DNA of 64,000 nucleotides from Gemmatales bacterium (GTDB taxonomy: Bacteria; Planctomycetota; Planctomycetia; Gemmatales; HRBIN36): assembly GCA_041640595.1 (NCBI GenBank), contig JBEPZY010000003.1:148773-212772 (forward strand). The letters are read 5' to 3'. Below the pieces are notes generated by a model that ran no database searches, was not told the DNA's origin, and saw nothing but the letters and a program-made list of their open reading frames with translations. Shown piece after piece: positions 50,069 to 60,738 of this stretch. Both the position numbers and the translations under genes were made by a program. Positions within the stretch are counted from its first letter, which is position 1, and each line of letters starts with the position of its first letter.

Positions 50069-51874
50069 CTACGCAGGCGTGCCTTCCGAATCGAGGCTGC
50101 CCGGTTTGCCGGACAGGAAATACACGGGCACTCCCAGAATCACCGGTACAGCAAAGATGGCCGATAGCCAGCCCGCATAGGTGATGCTGTTGTAAAGCAT
50201 CCACGCGCAGGTGAGGCAGAATAGAAACGGCACAAAGGGATAAAGTGGCGTTCGGAAAGGCCTGTCCCGCTGGGGCTCCAGTTCGCGGAGCTGGAAGAGC
50301 GAGAGTCCGGCCAGCAAGAAGAAGATCCAGAAAATCGGAGCGGTCGCGGCGACCAGTGTTCCGAACCCGCCGAAATACTGCCGCCAGGGTATTTCCACTC
50401 GCCAGGCCGACAGAGATTCTCCGTGAGCGTTGCGGAGCGTTAGCTGCCGGACCGAGAGCTCCGCCAGTTGCCAATTCTCTTTCAGCAACGTCCGCCACTG
50501 GTCGGGAACCGGTGGATCGGCAGTGGGCTGATTTTCCGAATCCGCCTGGAAGCGCAGGCTATTCTGCTGCAGGTGCACCTGACCGCGCACGGCCAATTTG
50601 CCTTCGGCGTGGATGGCAAAAGTCCCTCGCAACAGAGGCGAAGGTGAGTCTGGGGTATTTCGATCAGCCGGGAGCAATTGGATTTCCAGCATTCCCTGAG
50701 TGTTTTCCCACTGGCCGTTCAGCAAACCCGCGGCATCGTTGGGCATACCCCGCAGCAGATAGCGAGCATGGCCCACCAGACTGTCCACGAAGCGGCGACC
50801 AGGCTCCGTACCAACTGCGCCAATCATCGCCAGGGCGATGATCCATTGCAAAAGCAGCGACCAGTGGGGCGAACCAAGCCGGGGATGCCATTGCGCCAGC
50901 CAGGCAAAGACCCGATGCTCTGCTCCCAGCGCCGAATAAATCCGTGCCCCGGTGAAAATCAAGCCGTTCACTGCTCCCAGGGCCGAAACGATGATGATCA
51001 AGTGCATGGTGGCCGAACCGGATTTACCGAGAAATTGGTTCAGCAAACGCCCCGGCACATCCCCTTTCTGCACACCGTCGTACCCGAGACCGAGCAGGTA
51101 GGCGAGGTTGACCAGCAGATAAATGATCGTGATCAGCCCCACGCCGAGGAACAGCGCCAGCGGCAAGTTGCGGCGGAGATTACGCACTTCTCCGGCCACG
51201 AAGGCGGCATCGTTCCAGCCACCGTAGGCGTACAGCACCATGATCATGGCAAAACCGAAACCGAGCGGCCCGGCAGTGTGCTGTGCCGGCACGGTCAGGG
51301 CGTCAGGTTTGGCCAGGAGAAATCCGGCCACGATAATGCTGCCCAGTCCCAGCACCTTGACCACGCTCAAGAGGTTTTGCGTCCACTTGCCGAACACCAC
51401 TCCGGCGATGTTGAGCAGCGACAACACGGTCACGCTCGCCGCTGCCAGCAGAGCCCGCCGGTTTTCCGACACCCCGGGATGGGATTGATTGGAGTCGGCA
51501 AAGAACAGTTGGTCGGCGGCATTGGCAAACACAAAAGCCATCGAGCCGATGCTTGCCGTCAGAATCGCCGTCAACTGTGCCCAGCCGAACAAAAATCCCG
51601 TCAACCGTCCAAATGCTCGCGTCAGGTAAACATAATCGCCACCGATACGAGGATAAGTTGTCCCCAGCTCGGCATAAACAAACGCCCCAACCAGAGCCAG
51701 CATTCCTCCCAGGAACCAGGCGAACAAACCCATCCAGGGCCCGCTCACGTTACTGAAAATCAGCGGTGGAACCTCGTAGATGCTCGAACCGATAACGATA
51801 CCCACAATGATACACACCGCATCGAACAAACTCAGCGAGGCACGCGGTTCCCCAGGTCGTTGCCGATTTTCCAT
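50069..51874 (-). CDS. APC family amino acid permease with an inserted soluble domain
   Basis: VGIVIGSSIY, YAELG...GGDYVY and YAYGGWN motifs; about 12 TM helices. Confidence 0.9.
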   Translation of the reverse strand: MENRQRPGEPRASLSLFDAVCIIVGIVIGSSIYEVPPLIFSNVSGPWMGLFAWFLGGMLALVGAFVYAELGTTYPRIGGDYVYLTRAFGRLTGFLFGWAQLTAILTASIGSMAFVFANAADQLFFADSNQSHPGVSENRRALLAAASVTVLSLLNIAGVVFGKWTQNLLSVVKVLGLGSIIVAGFLLAKPDALTVPAQHTAGPLGFGFAMIMVLYAYGGWNDAAFVAGEVRNLRRNLPLALFLGVGLITIIYLLVNLAYLLGLGYDGVQKGDVPGRLLNQFLGKSGSATMHLIIIVSALGAVNGLIFTGARIYSALGAEHRVFAWLAQWHPRLGSPHWSLLLQWIIALAMIGAVGTEPGRRFVDSLVGHARYLLRGMPNDAAGLLNGQWENTQGMLEIQLLPADRNTPDSPSPLLRGTFAIHAEGKLAVRGQVHLQQNSLRFQADSENQPTADPPVPDQWRTLLKENWQLAELSVRQLTLRNAHGESLSAWRVEIPWRQYFGGFGTLVAATAPIFWIFFLLAGLSLFQLRELEPQRDRPFRTPLYPFVPFLFCLTCAWMLYNSITYAGWLSAIFAVPVILGVPVYFLSGKPGSLDSEGTPA

Positions 51875-52229
51875 AAGTTTACCTTTCGTATGAGCGGGAT
51901 AGCTGTGCAGGCCCTGGGCCGACCGTTATTCGGAATCGCACTCAGCCCGGCCAGTTGTTAGTGTCGCCAGGCCACTGTGGATAGCCGGATAACGCTCGGC
52001 TGGCCCAGGGGTCCTCTCCTTCGACCACACATGGAGACTCTTGCAGGTGTGGGCTTACGGTTCCCGTTTATTGTTAGCCCGATTGCCCCGGCAAGCGTAT
52101 CGCTACCTGCGAAGGTATAAGTCGCTAGTGTAAGAGACGATGGGTCGGTCGCCAATGTTCCCGCGCTGGCGCGATAATTTCGCCGATCATTCGTCTTCGC
52201 TCCCGGTCTGCAGCGGAGACGGTTCGGCT

Positions 52230-53254
52230 TCAAGATGCAGCAGCTTGCGAGGCTCTTTTCGCACTGCTGAGGAAAGCGTCGGCAATCCAGGTATCGAGGA
52301 GCAGTTGCCCCACATGGTAAAAAAGCATCGGGACAATCGCCAGGGGCAGGTTGGCAAAGTAAGTGGTGGCGATTTGCAGACTGACGGGCAAAGTTTTCTG
52401 GCTACCGGCAAAAGCGACGGCGATCCGCTGCCCGCGGTCGAACCGCAACCAAAATGCGCCTTGCCAGGCCATCAGCAGAGCCGCCAGATGCAGTCCCGGT
52501 GCCACCACCAATGACAGCAGCACAGGAAACAGTTGTTCCCGCCAGGCATTTTTGCCGAGGCGCAGTCCGATCATGGTTACCGCCTGCAGAATCACCATCA
52601 GGATCAGCAAGCGAGCCAGCACGCTGAGGAAACCCCGGCCCCGCTCGGCCAGTCGGCGCACTGTCGTACTGGTACGCAACAATTGAGCGATCACCAGCGG
52701 CCCGACTAACACGAAAAGCAAGTCGGCCATCAAGAGCCATGCGTCCAGTGATACCTCTGCGCCGAGCGAAAACGCCAGCCAGCTGGTGGTGAACAACCAG
52801 GCGGTGTTGCTGCTGACCACCGTGACGACGATGGCGGTTGCTTCATTGCCCCCGGCCAGACGGGTCCAGATGGCCGCAGATGCCAGCGTGCAGGGAACGG
52901 CCGTGCAGACCACGATCCCGACCCCATACTCCGGATAACCGCCAACGCGAAAAAGCCAGCCCGCAGCAAGACCGCCGACGGGTAAAACGCCGTAGCTGAT
53001 GAACATGCCCATAACACCGGCCCAGGACGCAACGCAGCTGCCAGAAGTTGCCGCAAGGGTAAACCCAGCGTCGTCAGCAGCGTTACCAGCGCAATGTTCC
53101 ACCGCGGCGAAATCTTGCCCAACCAGGGAGAGATTGCTTCTGCTTCCAGCAGGCAAACCAGGACACCAAGCCCGACCGTTACCACAAACCACCGGGAACG
53201 CAATCTCTCCCACAACTGACATGCTCGTTTTGCTACGACGCTGTCAAGCCCCAT
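52230..53254 (-). pseudogene. bile acid:sodium symporter family gene with a single frameshift
   Basis: The N-terminal frame (MGLDS...RPGPVLW) and the C-terminal frame (MFISYG...VPCTLASAAIWT...SQKTL) join if one G is added to the G3 run at 53008-53010. Confidence 0.75.
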
Positions 53255-53481
53255 CGAGTTCTCCTGAGCAAAATCCCGACTGGCGACCGGTAGAACGAAG
53301 GCCACGAAAGTCAGCAAGGGTCTTCGGCTGACCTTCACTTTTCTGTGCAAGTATCCGTTCGGGCGACACCATCCAGGCGACAAGTCATCGTTATGGCACG
53401 GAGATGGTAGCTGCAAGTGCTACGCGGCGCCGGGATGCCTTACGATTTTGCGTTTTCAACTGCGCCGACTATCCACAGGGC

Positions 53482-53490
53482 TGCTATTAT
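53482..53490 (+). promoter_or_regulatory. possible extended -10 element
   Basis: TGcTATTAT upstream of the structured non-coding region. Confidence 0.35.
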
Positions 53491-53759
53491 GCAAGACTGC
53501 TATCGCGGCCCAGCTTGCATTTCGAGCGCACGCACCTAACCCCCACCCAAGGTCTGTTTCGGCCGGAAACAATTGCCGTTGCGCCAACGAGTTCGCATTG
53601 GCCGAGGGAACGCAAAGCGAGTTCGCGGCAAGGACGTCGAGCCGTCAATCCAAACCGGACAGCGGTAAATCATCTCGAAACCTGATCCGCCCACAAAGCA
53701 CCAGTAGCCACAACCGTCGAGCCACAAAGCCGGTAGCGGTAGGTGGTCGCGGCCTCCGG

Positions 53760-54810
53760 TAGTCGAGGGTTGGTACCCGTGCACCCGGCACCAGTACCGT
53801 CCCGCGGTAACGGTACGTCATCGCGGGCTTCGCTAGTGGACGTGTGCATTACGCTGTCGGGCCGTTGAAGGCGGGCAGGAAACCGAGGAAGTACCCTCCG
53901 TGGGTTGCTGAAACTTATAGCTGGTAGAGCATCGAAGGCAGGTGGGAAAGCCGGGCCGCTCGCGGTTCCGCATTTTCACCGCGGTTTTGCCAACCGCTTG
54001 CGATGATAAGCATGCCCGGCTCGAAGAGCCACGCCAACCCGTCTGGTGCGAAGCGAGGTGTTTCAAATCGGGCAACCGCACCTGGTCGGTGAAAGGTCCG
54101 TCAGCCTGGCTACGGGCCTATCTCACGGCTGGGGACTTCGCCGAGTCCATGGGGATTGCCTGGGGACGCATCAGGCTTGCACGAAAAACGGGCAACAAAG
54201 CATTACCCCTGCTAATAGTAATGGTTCACCTGTTGCCGGGCTTCACAGTCGTGCCCGCAACATGCGGTGGAACAGCCCACCAGCAAGGACGCATCTGTTT
54301 TCGGCTTGGCTTTTGCACACTGGTACGCCCGCGCGATTGGTCGCTTGGAAGAGCCCGCCTACCCTCGTAGTGGGGTATCGGGGGAAGGTGGCCTCGCAAG
54401 CTTGCGCGATAGGTCGCTCGGAAGAGCACTGTCAGCGCAGCTGCAGGGCAGAGCTAACTGCGCTGTGGCAGGGATGCCAAATACGAAAGGCATTCGAAGC
54501 GAGCGCCGTTCTGAGCAGGGACGCTGCCGTCCTGATGTCGCATGTCAGGAAGGTAGTGCAACCGGAAAAGGCAAACCCATTTTGAGGAGGTCGAACCAGT
54601 CGTCCTGATGTCGCGTGGCAGGAACGGGAATGCGACGGTGAAGGCAATCGTCCGACAAGGAACAAGGGTTGCTCGAAAACGCAATCGCCACCTGCGGGGC
54701 CGCCCGGCCTGAGCTGGGTCATGGGAGAGGTGGCTCGGCGGGTCGGTGCGGCCCTTTCTAGTAACGGAACTGGCTGGGAAAAACGTTGCTCAAAGCCTTG
54801 CCTTCATTAT
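53760..54810 (+). ncRNA. candidate large structured non-coding RNA (GOLLD/ROOL-size class), boundaries approximate
   Basis: No credible ORF. More than 12 nested or adjacent stems, e.g. 53950-56/54014-20, 54191-97/54231-37, 54433-40/54459-66 and 54687-93/54728-34, with A-rich linkers and a GCAA tetraloop. Confidence 0.65.
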
Positions 54811-55084
54811 GAGCACTTGGCCGAATCCTTCAGGATATCAAGCACTCACAGCGATGCTAGCCAGGAGTTTCCTCGGTTTACAGCCGCACAGGCGCACGCA
54901 ACTTTGTATTGAGGCCGGGTGCACAGAGCACTGCCACTAACCGCTAACCCTAGGGGATTAAAGCTTTGAGTGGTTCCAGGGCCAGTGTTGTGTACCGAGG
55001 CCCATTGTTTTGACCCTGATGCTGCCCCGAATAATTCATTCAAGCAGAGACCATTTTTGCACTCCTGGACCGGAGTAACAAGCC

Positions 55085-55426
55085 ATGACTGCTTTTCAAT
55101 GGGTGGTCGTACCGGTTTTATTGGGCCTCTTTGCCTGGGATGTCTGGCATTTGGGTAAGGGGCCGCTCACTACCGGTAGCCGGCTGATGCGCATGTTTTT
55201 GTGGCTGACGGCAGCGGTAGCGATCCTGCGCCCCGACTGGGTCCAGGCTATCGCTCAGATGCTGGGGATCGGTTTGGGAGCGAACCTGGTGCTGTACCTG
55301 TTCGCATTGGCGTTTTTGTGGACGAGCTTTTTCCTATATGCACGCATTGTGCGATTGCGGCAGGATTTGACAGAAGTGGTGCGGCAACTGGCATGGATGC
55401 GAGCCCGCCGTGGCCAGCTGTCTTGA
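55085..55426 (+). CDS. DUF2304-like small membrane protein
   Basis: Three hydrophobic helices, LGIGLGANLVLY, C-terminal LTEVVRQLA. Confidence 0.75.
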   Translation: MTAFQWVVVPVLLGLFAWDVWHLGKGPLTTGSRLMRMFLWLTAAVAILRPDWVQAIAQMLGIGLGANLVLYLFALAFLWTSFFLYARIVRLRQDLTEVVRQLAWMRARRGQLS

Positions 55427-55499
55427 CGCTGAACGTTGTCCTGGCGAAAATGTCTTATGGAGTTTCCTGGAAGCAGGCCTGCAAAATGGAGGGTGAACC

Positions 55500-56159
55500 A
55501 TGCGAATCTGCCTGGCGCTACTTGGACTGGCACTGTGGCTCGGCACGACCGCAGCCGAGGAAATTCGTGGCCAATATGTCGAGGCGCGTACCTGCGATGT
55601 CTGGGTCGGAGCGTGCTTCGCCAATGCAGAAATGCACCAGACCGGGAAACATGCCACCCTGGCCTGGCACGTCGAACAGGGTACGCTGGACGGTGTGCGG
55701 CTGGACGGTTTGAGCGTAGTGGCCGTTGTGGAAGCACGGGAAACGCTTGGCCTGAAACAAACCGGACCGGGCAAGGCAGTCATCCTGGTGGACGAACGCG
55801 CCGATGCCCGGCAGCGCGAAGCCCTGGTGAAACTCGCCCGGACGCTCGGCGGTATCCTGACCGAACAAGTGGTGGCGGTCCGTTCTGCCCCGATCCAGGT
55901 GAGCGTGAATCGGTGCAGCGAAGGTGGATGTGCGTTAGTTGAGGCTGGCGTGGCCCGCATCGAAACCCGCTGCATTCACCCACACGAAGACAGCGTTTGC
56001 GGCCACGAAGATAACTTTTACGCACCACTGGCCAAAGGAGTGCACGCTCGCTCGGCTATGGTTACCGAGCATTCCTTTACCGGCACCGGTTTCGACAAGA
56101 CCTGGAAAGACGCCAACCGCCGCGGTGCCTACATCGGCACATTCAGCCTGCAAAACTGA
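55500..56159 (+). CDS. DUF1326-like exported Cys/His-containing protein
   Basis: Signal peptide; GQYVEARTCDVWVGACFAN, VDERA and CGHE motifs. Confidence 0.8.
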   Translation: MRICLALLGLALWLGTTAAEEIRGQYVEARTCDVWVGACFANAEMHQTGKHATLAWHVEQGTLDGVRLDGLSVVAVVEARETLGLKQTGPGKAVILVDERADARQREALVKLARTLGGILTEQVVAVRSAPIQVSVNRCSEGGCALVEAGVARIETRCIHPHEDSVCGHEDNFYAPLAKGVHARSAMVTEHSFTGTGFDKTWKDANRRGAYIGTFSLQN

Positions 56160-56517
56160 TTCTGCTGCCCCACGGCGAAACCTGGCCTACCGCTTTTCCC
56201 AAACAATCCACTGCGCCAGAATTACGTTGCCTTCTGATTTTTCCCGCATTATTTTCCTCGGTGGCATAAGGGGCCCAGGTCTATCCCCTGACCGCCTTCT
56301 CACAAACCAGACGAGCGCCTGTTTCTTCAAAGAAGCGGATGCACTCCCGGTGTGCCTGACGCCCGCCTGAACGACCTTTTCTTGGCCCCGCCAATAGGTG
56401 TGAGATCGGGCAAGGCATTTTGCGAAACCGCGAGCAGGGGAAGCGCTGCTTCCCCTTCATTTTTGCACCGCTTTCTGAGAACGGGCTGGAAGCGATACGG
56501 CATATACGGAGGGAACA

Positions 56518-57207
56518 ATGTCCCCGCAACTTTTGCTGCGAGCGATGGTGGCGATACTGGGAGTCGTGTGGCCAGCATCTCTTCTTTTTGGCCAGGCTGG
56601 TGGATATTCCGTCAAGGTGGAGAAATTAGACCCACCAAAGGAAGTAGCTCCTGAGGTTGCTAAGGTGTTATCCGCGCAGGCTCTGCGTGTGCTCGACAAG
56701 CAAGGGCAGGTGCTGTGCGAAATCTGGTTGCGGGAGACGGTGCCGCTGGCGAAACCTCCCGCCGGCGATGCGGCGCGTTACCGCGACCTGGCCGAGACTA
56801 CCTTGCTGGGAGTCATTCGCTGGGTGCAGCCGGGCAGCGATTATCGTAAGCAGAAAATTAAGCCCGGCGTTTACACGCTGCGTCTGGCCTATCAGCCGGA
56901 AGATGGCGATCACATGGGCACAGCTCCGTACACGGAGTTCCTCCTGCTCACGCCGCACCATCTGGATAAATCTCCCGCAGCGCTCGACAGTCCAAAAGAC
57001 CTGCACGATCTCAGTGCCAAAGCAGCCGGCAGCAACCACCCGGCGGTGTTTCTGCTTTTCCCGGCCAAACCGCTGGCCCAGCCGGAAATCCGAGATCATG
57101 GCAACGGCCATTTTGTTTTGCACACCAGTATCCCGGCGGTCATCAACGGCAAAAAAGTGATTCTGCCGATCGCGTTGACCATCGTCGGTCATTCGTCGGC
57201 GGGCTAG
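56518..57207 (+). CDS. conserved exported hypothetical protein
   Basis: Signal peptide; DYRKQKIKPGVYTLR...QPEDGDHMG motif; GGAGG RBS. Confidence 0.8.
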   Translation: MSPQLLLRAMVAILGVVWPASLLFGQAGGYSVKVEKLDPPKEVAPEVAKVLSAQALRVLDKQGQVLCEIWLRETVPLAKPPAGDAARYRDLAETTLLGVIRWVQPGSDYRKQKIKPGVYTLRLAYQPEDGDHMGTAPYTEFLLLTPHHLDKSPAALDSPKDLHDLSAKAAGSNHPAVFLLFPAKPLAQPEIRDHGNGHFVLHTSIPAVINGKKVILPIALTIVGHSSAG

Positions 57208-57317
57208 TGCTCTGCTGCGGCTCTATCCTTGAACATCCTGCTGCGTAGCATTGTTTTGCGCCAGGGTATGTCCGAATTTGAACCGGCAGAGTCGGCGGAA
57301 CAAATTGCGAGGGCATC

Positions 57318-58331
57318 ATGATTGTCGTCATGAAACCGGATGCTACCGACGAACAGATCCGCCACGTGATTCAACGGATCGAGGAACTGGGCCTGAAAAG
57401 CCACCCGATTCGCGGTCAATATTTGACCGTGGTTGCGGTGATCGGCGATGAGCCGGAACCGGTGCGACAGGCGTTGGCTACCGCGGATGGCGTCGAGAAG
57501 GTGGTTCCGATCCTGGCTCCGTACAAGCTCGCCAGTCGGGAGGTGAAAGCGGAGCGGACAGTGGTTCGGGCCAGGACACTGGAGATCGGTGGCGGGCGCG
57601 TTGGCGTCATTGCCGGGCCTTGCTCTGTCGAGACTCGCGACCAGATTTTGCAAACCGCCGAGGCTGTGCGCGAAGCAGGTGCCTGTGCCCTGCGCGGGGG
57701 CGCTTTCAAACCACGCACCAGTCCCTATTCCTTCCAGGGACTCAAAACGAAAGGCTTGGAACTGCTGGCCGAAGCACGCGAACGAACCGGATTAGCGATC
57801 GTTACCGAAGTGCTGGCGCCCGAACACGTCCCTATCCTGGCCGAATTCGCTGACGTCTTGCAGGTTGGCGCACGAAACATGCAAAATTTCCCGTTACTGG
57901 AAGCCGTGGGCCAGTCCGGCTTGCCTGTGCTGCTGAAGCGAGGACCCGCGGCCACGATTGAGGAATTCCTGCTGGCCGCCGAATACATACTCAAAACCGG
58001 CAACTCGCAGGTGATCCTTTGCGAGCGTGGCATTCGCACCTTTGAAGACCACGTTCGCTTCACGCTGCCGTTAGCCAGTGTCCCCTGGTTGCATCAGCAT
58101 ACGCACCTGCCGGTCATCGTCGATCCCAGCCACGGCACAGGGCGAAGCTCGCTGGTTACCGCGATGGCACGTGCCGCTGTCGCCGCGGGTGCCGACGGGC
58201 TGATGATTGAAGTCCATCCCGATCCGGAACATGCCTGGAGCGACGGTGCCCAGAGTTTGACGCCGGCCCAGTTTCGACAGCTCATGCAGGAATGCCGCGC
58301 GGTCGCGGAAGCGCTTGGCCGAGCTTTGTAA
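57318..58331 (+). CDS. aroF: DAHP synthase type I-beta with N-terminal regulatory domain
   Basis: [41 protein letters not shown] and DPSH motifs. Confidence 0.95.
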   Translation: MIVVMKPDATDEQIRHVIQRIEELGLKSHPIRGQYLTVVAVIGDEPEPVRQALATADGVEKVVPILAPYKLASREVKAERTVVRARTLEIGGGRVGVIAGPCSVETRDQILQTAEAVREAGACALRGGAFKPRTSPYSFQGLKTKGLELLAEARERTGLAIVTEVLAPEHVPILAEFADVLQVGARNMQNFPLLEAVGQSGLPVLLKRGPAATIEEFLLAAEYILKTGNSQVILCERGIRTFEDHVRFTLPLASVPWLHQHTHLPVIVDPSHGTGRSSLVTAMARAAVAAGADGLMIEVHPDPEHAWSDGAQSLTPAQFRQLMQECRAVAEALGRAL

Positions 58332-58527
58332 ATTTGTTGCCCGGCCGCTCCGTGAGCTTCCGTTCCGCCGCCTTGCCTCGCCGAAGCCGATATAGCGAGC
58401 ATGGCTCGCAGGTTTTCGATTTCCCGGTTATGATGCGTACAATGAACTGCCAGCCGGGCCAAGGTTCGCGCCTGAGATTCACACACATGAGCCCGGCGCA
58501 TGCACGGAATTTTTGGACAAACCAGAT

Positions 58528-59637
58528 ATGTTTGTGGATCGCGTCGAGATTTACGTCAAAGGAGGAGATGGTGGTCGGGGCATAGTGAGCTTCCGCCGGG
58601 AAAAATACGTCCCGCGTGGCGGTCCCGATGGCGGCGACGGTGGCAAAGGGGGCGACGTCATCCTGCGGGCCGTGCCTGGAACCGATTCCCTGGCAGCTGT
58701 GGCACAACGCAAACATTACCGTGCCGAGTCCGGGAAACCCGGTGGCCCGAATAACCGCCACGGTGCTGACGGTCAGGACCTGATCATCCCCGTGCCTCCG
58801 GGTACGGTCGTGCGAGACCGCGACCGTGGCCATGTTTTGCGCGACTTAGTCCGTCCAGGCGAAGAGGTGGTCGTGGCTCGCGGTGGACGCGGCGGCCGTG
58901 GCAACAAGGCTTTCGCTACGCCAACCTTGCGGACGCCCCGCTTCGCTGAACCCGGCGAACCCGGCGAGGAACGCTGGCTTATCCTGGAGCTTAAACTAAT
59001 CGCCGACGTCGGCCTGCTCGGCTTGCCCAATGCCGGGAAATCTACTCTTTTAAGCCGCTTATCTCGCGCTAAGCCGGAAATCGCCGATTATCCTTTTACC
59101 ACTAAATATCCGAATCTCGGTCTGGTCGTTGTGGGAGAAGACCGATCCTTCGTCCTGGCCGACTTGCCTGGACTGATCGAAGGTGCCCACGCAGGCCACG
59201 GTTTGGGGCACGAATTCCTTCGTCACGTCGAACGTACCCGTGTCCTCGTTCATCTCGTGGAACCTTTTCCGGCAGATGGTTCCGACCCGCTCCACAATTA
59301 CCGAGTGATCCGCCGCGAGCTCGAATTGCATAATCCTGCCCTGGTGCACCGCCCGGAAATTATCGCGGTCTCGAAAGGCGATCTTCCGGGCAGTGAAGAA
59401 GTGCGCCAGCGACTGGCCAGTCAATTGCGGCGACCGGTCTTACTTATTTCCGCCGTCACCGGGTTAGGTTTATCGGACTTAGTGGCCCAGATTCTGCAAG
59501 TATTAGACCGGGAGCAGGCGCGAACGGCCGACACTGAGCCTGAGCCGGTGCGTTCTTCCTCGCCGGTTAGCCAGGAGATAACATCGCCGCCCACCGAACA
59601 GGAACAACCGGTTCTGAACAAGACCACTCCTGATTAG
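58528..59637 (+). CDS. obgE: GTPase ObgE
   Basis: MFVD, FRREKYVPRGGPDGGDGG, GLPNAGKST, YPFTT and DLPGLIEGA motifs. Confidence 0.96.
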   Translation: MFVDRVEIYVKGGDGGRGIVSFRREKYVPRGGPDGGDGGKGGDVILRAVPGTDSLAAVAQRKHYRAESGKPGGPNNRHGADGQDLIIPVPPGTVVRDRDRGHVLRDLVRPGEEVVVARGGRGGRGNKAFATPTLRTPRFAEPGEPGEERWLILELKLIADVGLLGLPNAGKSTLLSRLSRAKPEIADYPFTTKYPNLGLVVVGEDRSFVLADLPGLIEGAHAGHGLGHEFLRHVERTRVLVHLVEPFPADGSDPLHNYRVIRRELELHNPALVHRPEIIAVSKGDLPGSEEVRQRLASQLRRPVLLISAVTGLGLSDLVAQILQVLDREQARTADTEPEPVRSSSPVSQEITSPPTEQEQPVLNKTTPD

Positions 59638-59659
59638 TCGGACATAGCAAGGTCTAAAT

Positions 59660-60511
59660 ATGCTCCTCGTCGCGGATATAGGAAATAGCCGGATCAAGTG
59701 GGGTCTGGTCTCCGACGAGCGGTTGACAAGCATCGCTGCCTTACCCTTACCAACCGACTTAGACCTGGCTCAGCGTGCCTGGCAAAAGCAGGCGGAATTG
59801 TGGACTATACCTATGGGATCTCGTTGGGTACTCGCTACCACCAATCCGCCAGCTGCCACTATTTTGCAACGTTGGCTTGAGACTCGCGGTGATTTTGCAT
59901 ACCTGATAAAATCCTCTGCCGATCTGCCCATTCAGCTGGATGTAGATTTCCCGGAACGCGTTGGAGTTGACCGCCTGCTCAACGCGATAGCTGCAAATTA
60001 TCGGATGGGCACTGGGCGACCTAAATATATAGTGGATGCCGGTTCCGCAATTACTCTGGACTGGGTGGACGCTCAAGGAGTGTTCCGTGGCGGTGCCATC
60101 TTACCTGGTTTTCGCCTGATGTCTCAGGCGTTGCATCAATATACTGCCCGGCTGCCGCTGGTGTCGCCCTGTGGAGAATTTCCAGCTTTGCCCGCCCGGC
60201 ATACTGAAGCCGCAATCCAGGCCGGCATACTGGCAGCCATCCTGGGAGCTATTGGCATGTTAAGGCAACGATTCCAGGAGGCCCAAGCGGCGACCGGGAA
60301 ACCAGCTGAGCAGAAAGACGCTTCGTGTTTGCATAGCAGCAAAGCGCTGCCAGAAAACCGGGAAATTGACTTAGTGGCTTTTCTCACCGGTGGAGACGCA
60401 GAATTGCTCTACCCACATCTTGGTAAAGCTTTTGTGCACTGGCCTGAAATGACCTTAGAGGGTCTGCGTCTGGTCGCTTTGCAACACGCTCGGGACTGGC
60501 TACCTGGTTAA
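59660..60511 (+). CDS. coaX: type III pantothenate kinase
   Basis: DIGNSRIKW, GVDR, VDAGSAIT, GGAILPG and LTGGD motifs. Confidence 0.92.
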   Translation: MLLVADIGNSRIKWGLVSDERLTSIAALPLPTDLDLAQRAWQKQAELWTIPMGSRWVLATTNPPAATILQRWLETRGDFAYLIKSSADLPIQLDVDFPERVGVDRLLNAIAANYRMGTGRPKYIVDAGSAITLDWVDAQGVFRGGAILPGFRLMSQALHQYTARLPLVSPCGEFPALPARHTEAAIQAGILAAILGAIGMLRQRFQEAQAATGKPAEQKDASCLHSSKALPENREIDLVAFLTGGDAELLYPHLGKAFVHWPEMTLEGLRLVALQHARDWLPG

Positions 60512-60738
60512 TCTGTGCCACGATGTTAGTCGCTCTAATATGTAAGCATAACCCGCCTCAAATGCGGTGTGAGCAAGCAAACCGCTAAAGCCCTCCTGAG
60601 TCACACCCTGGCTGCATCAAGGTGTTCCACTTAATGGGCCGAATGGGGTCTTCCTTATAATACGATGGAGCATCGGTGAAATTGTATCCGGTAAGCTATG
60701 TCTAGAATCTCCGATTACCGGACGCCAGGCACAAAACA

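Noticed and set aside
53760..54810. Group II intron, RNase P RNA, tmRNA or tRNA
   Set aside because: No recognisable domain V, no GAGGAAAGTCC, and no tRNA-like ends with a T-loop. TAGCTGGTAGAGCA resembles a D-arm only.
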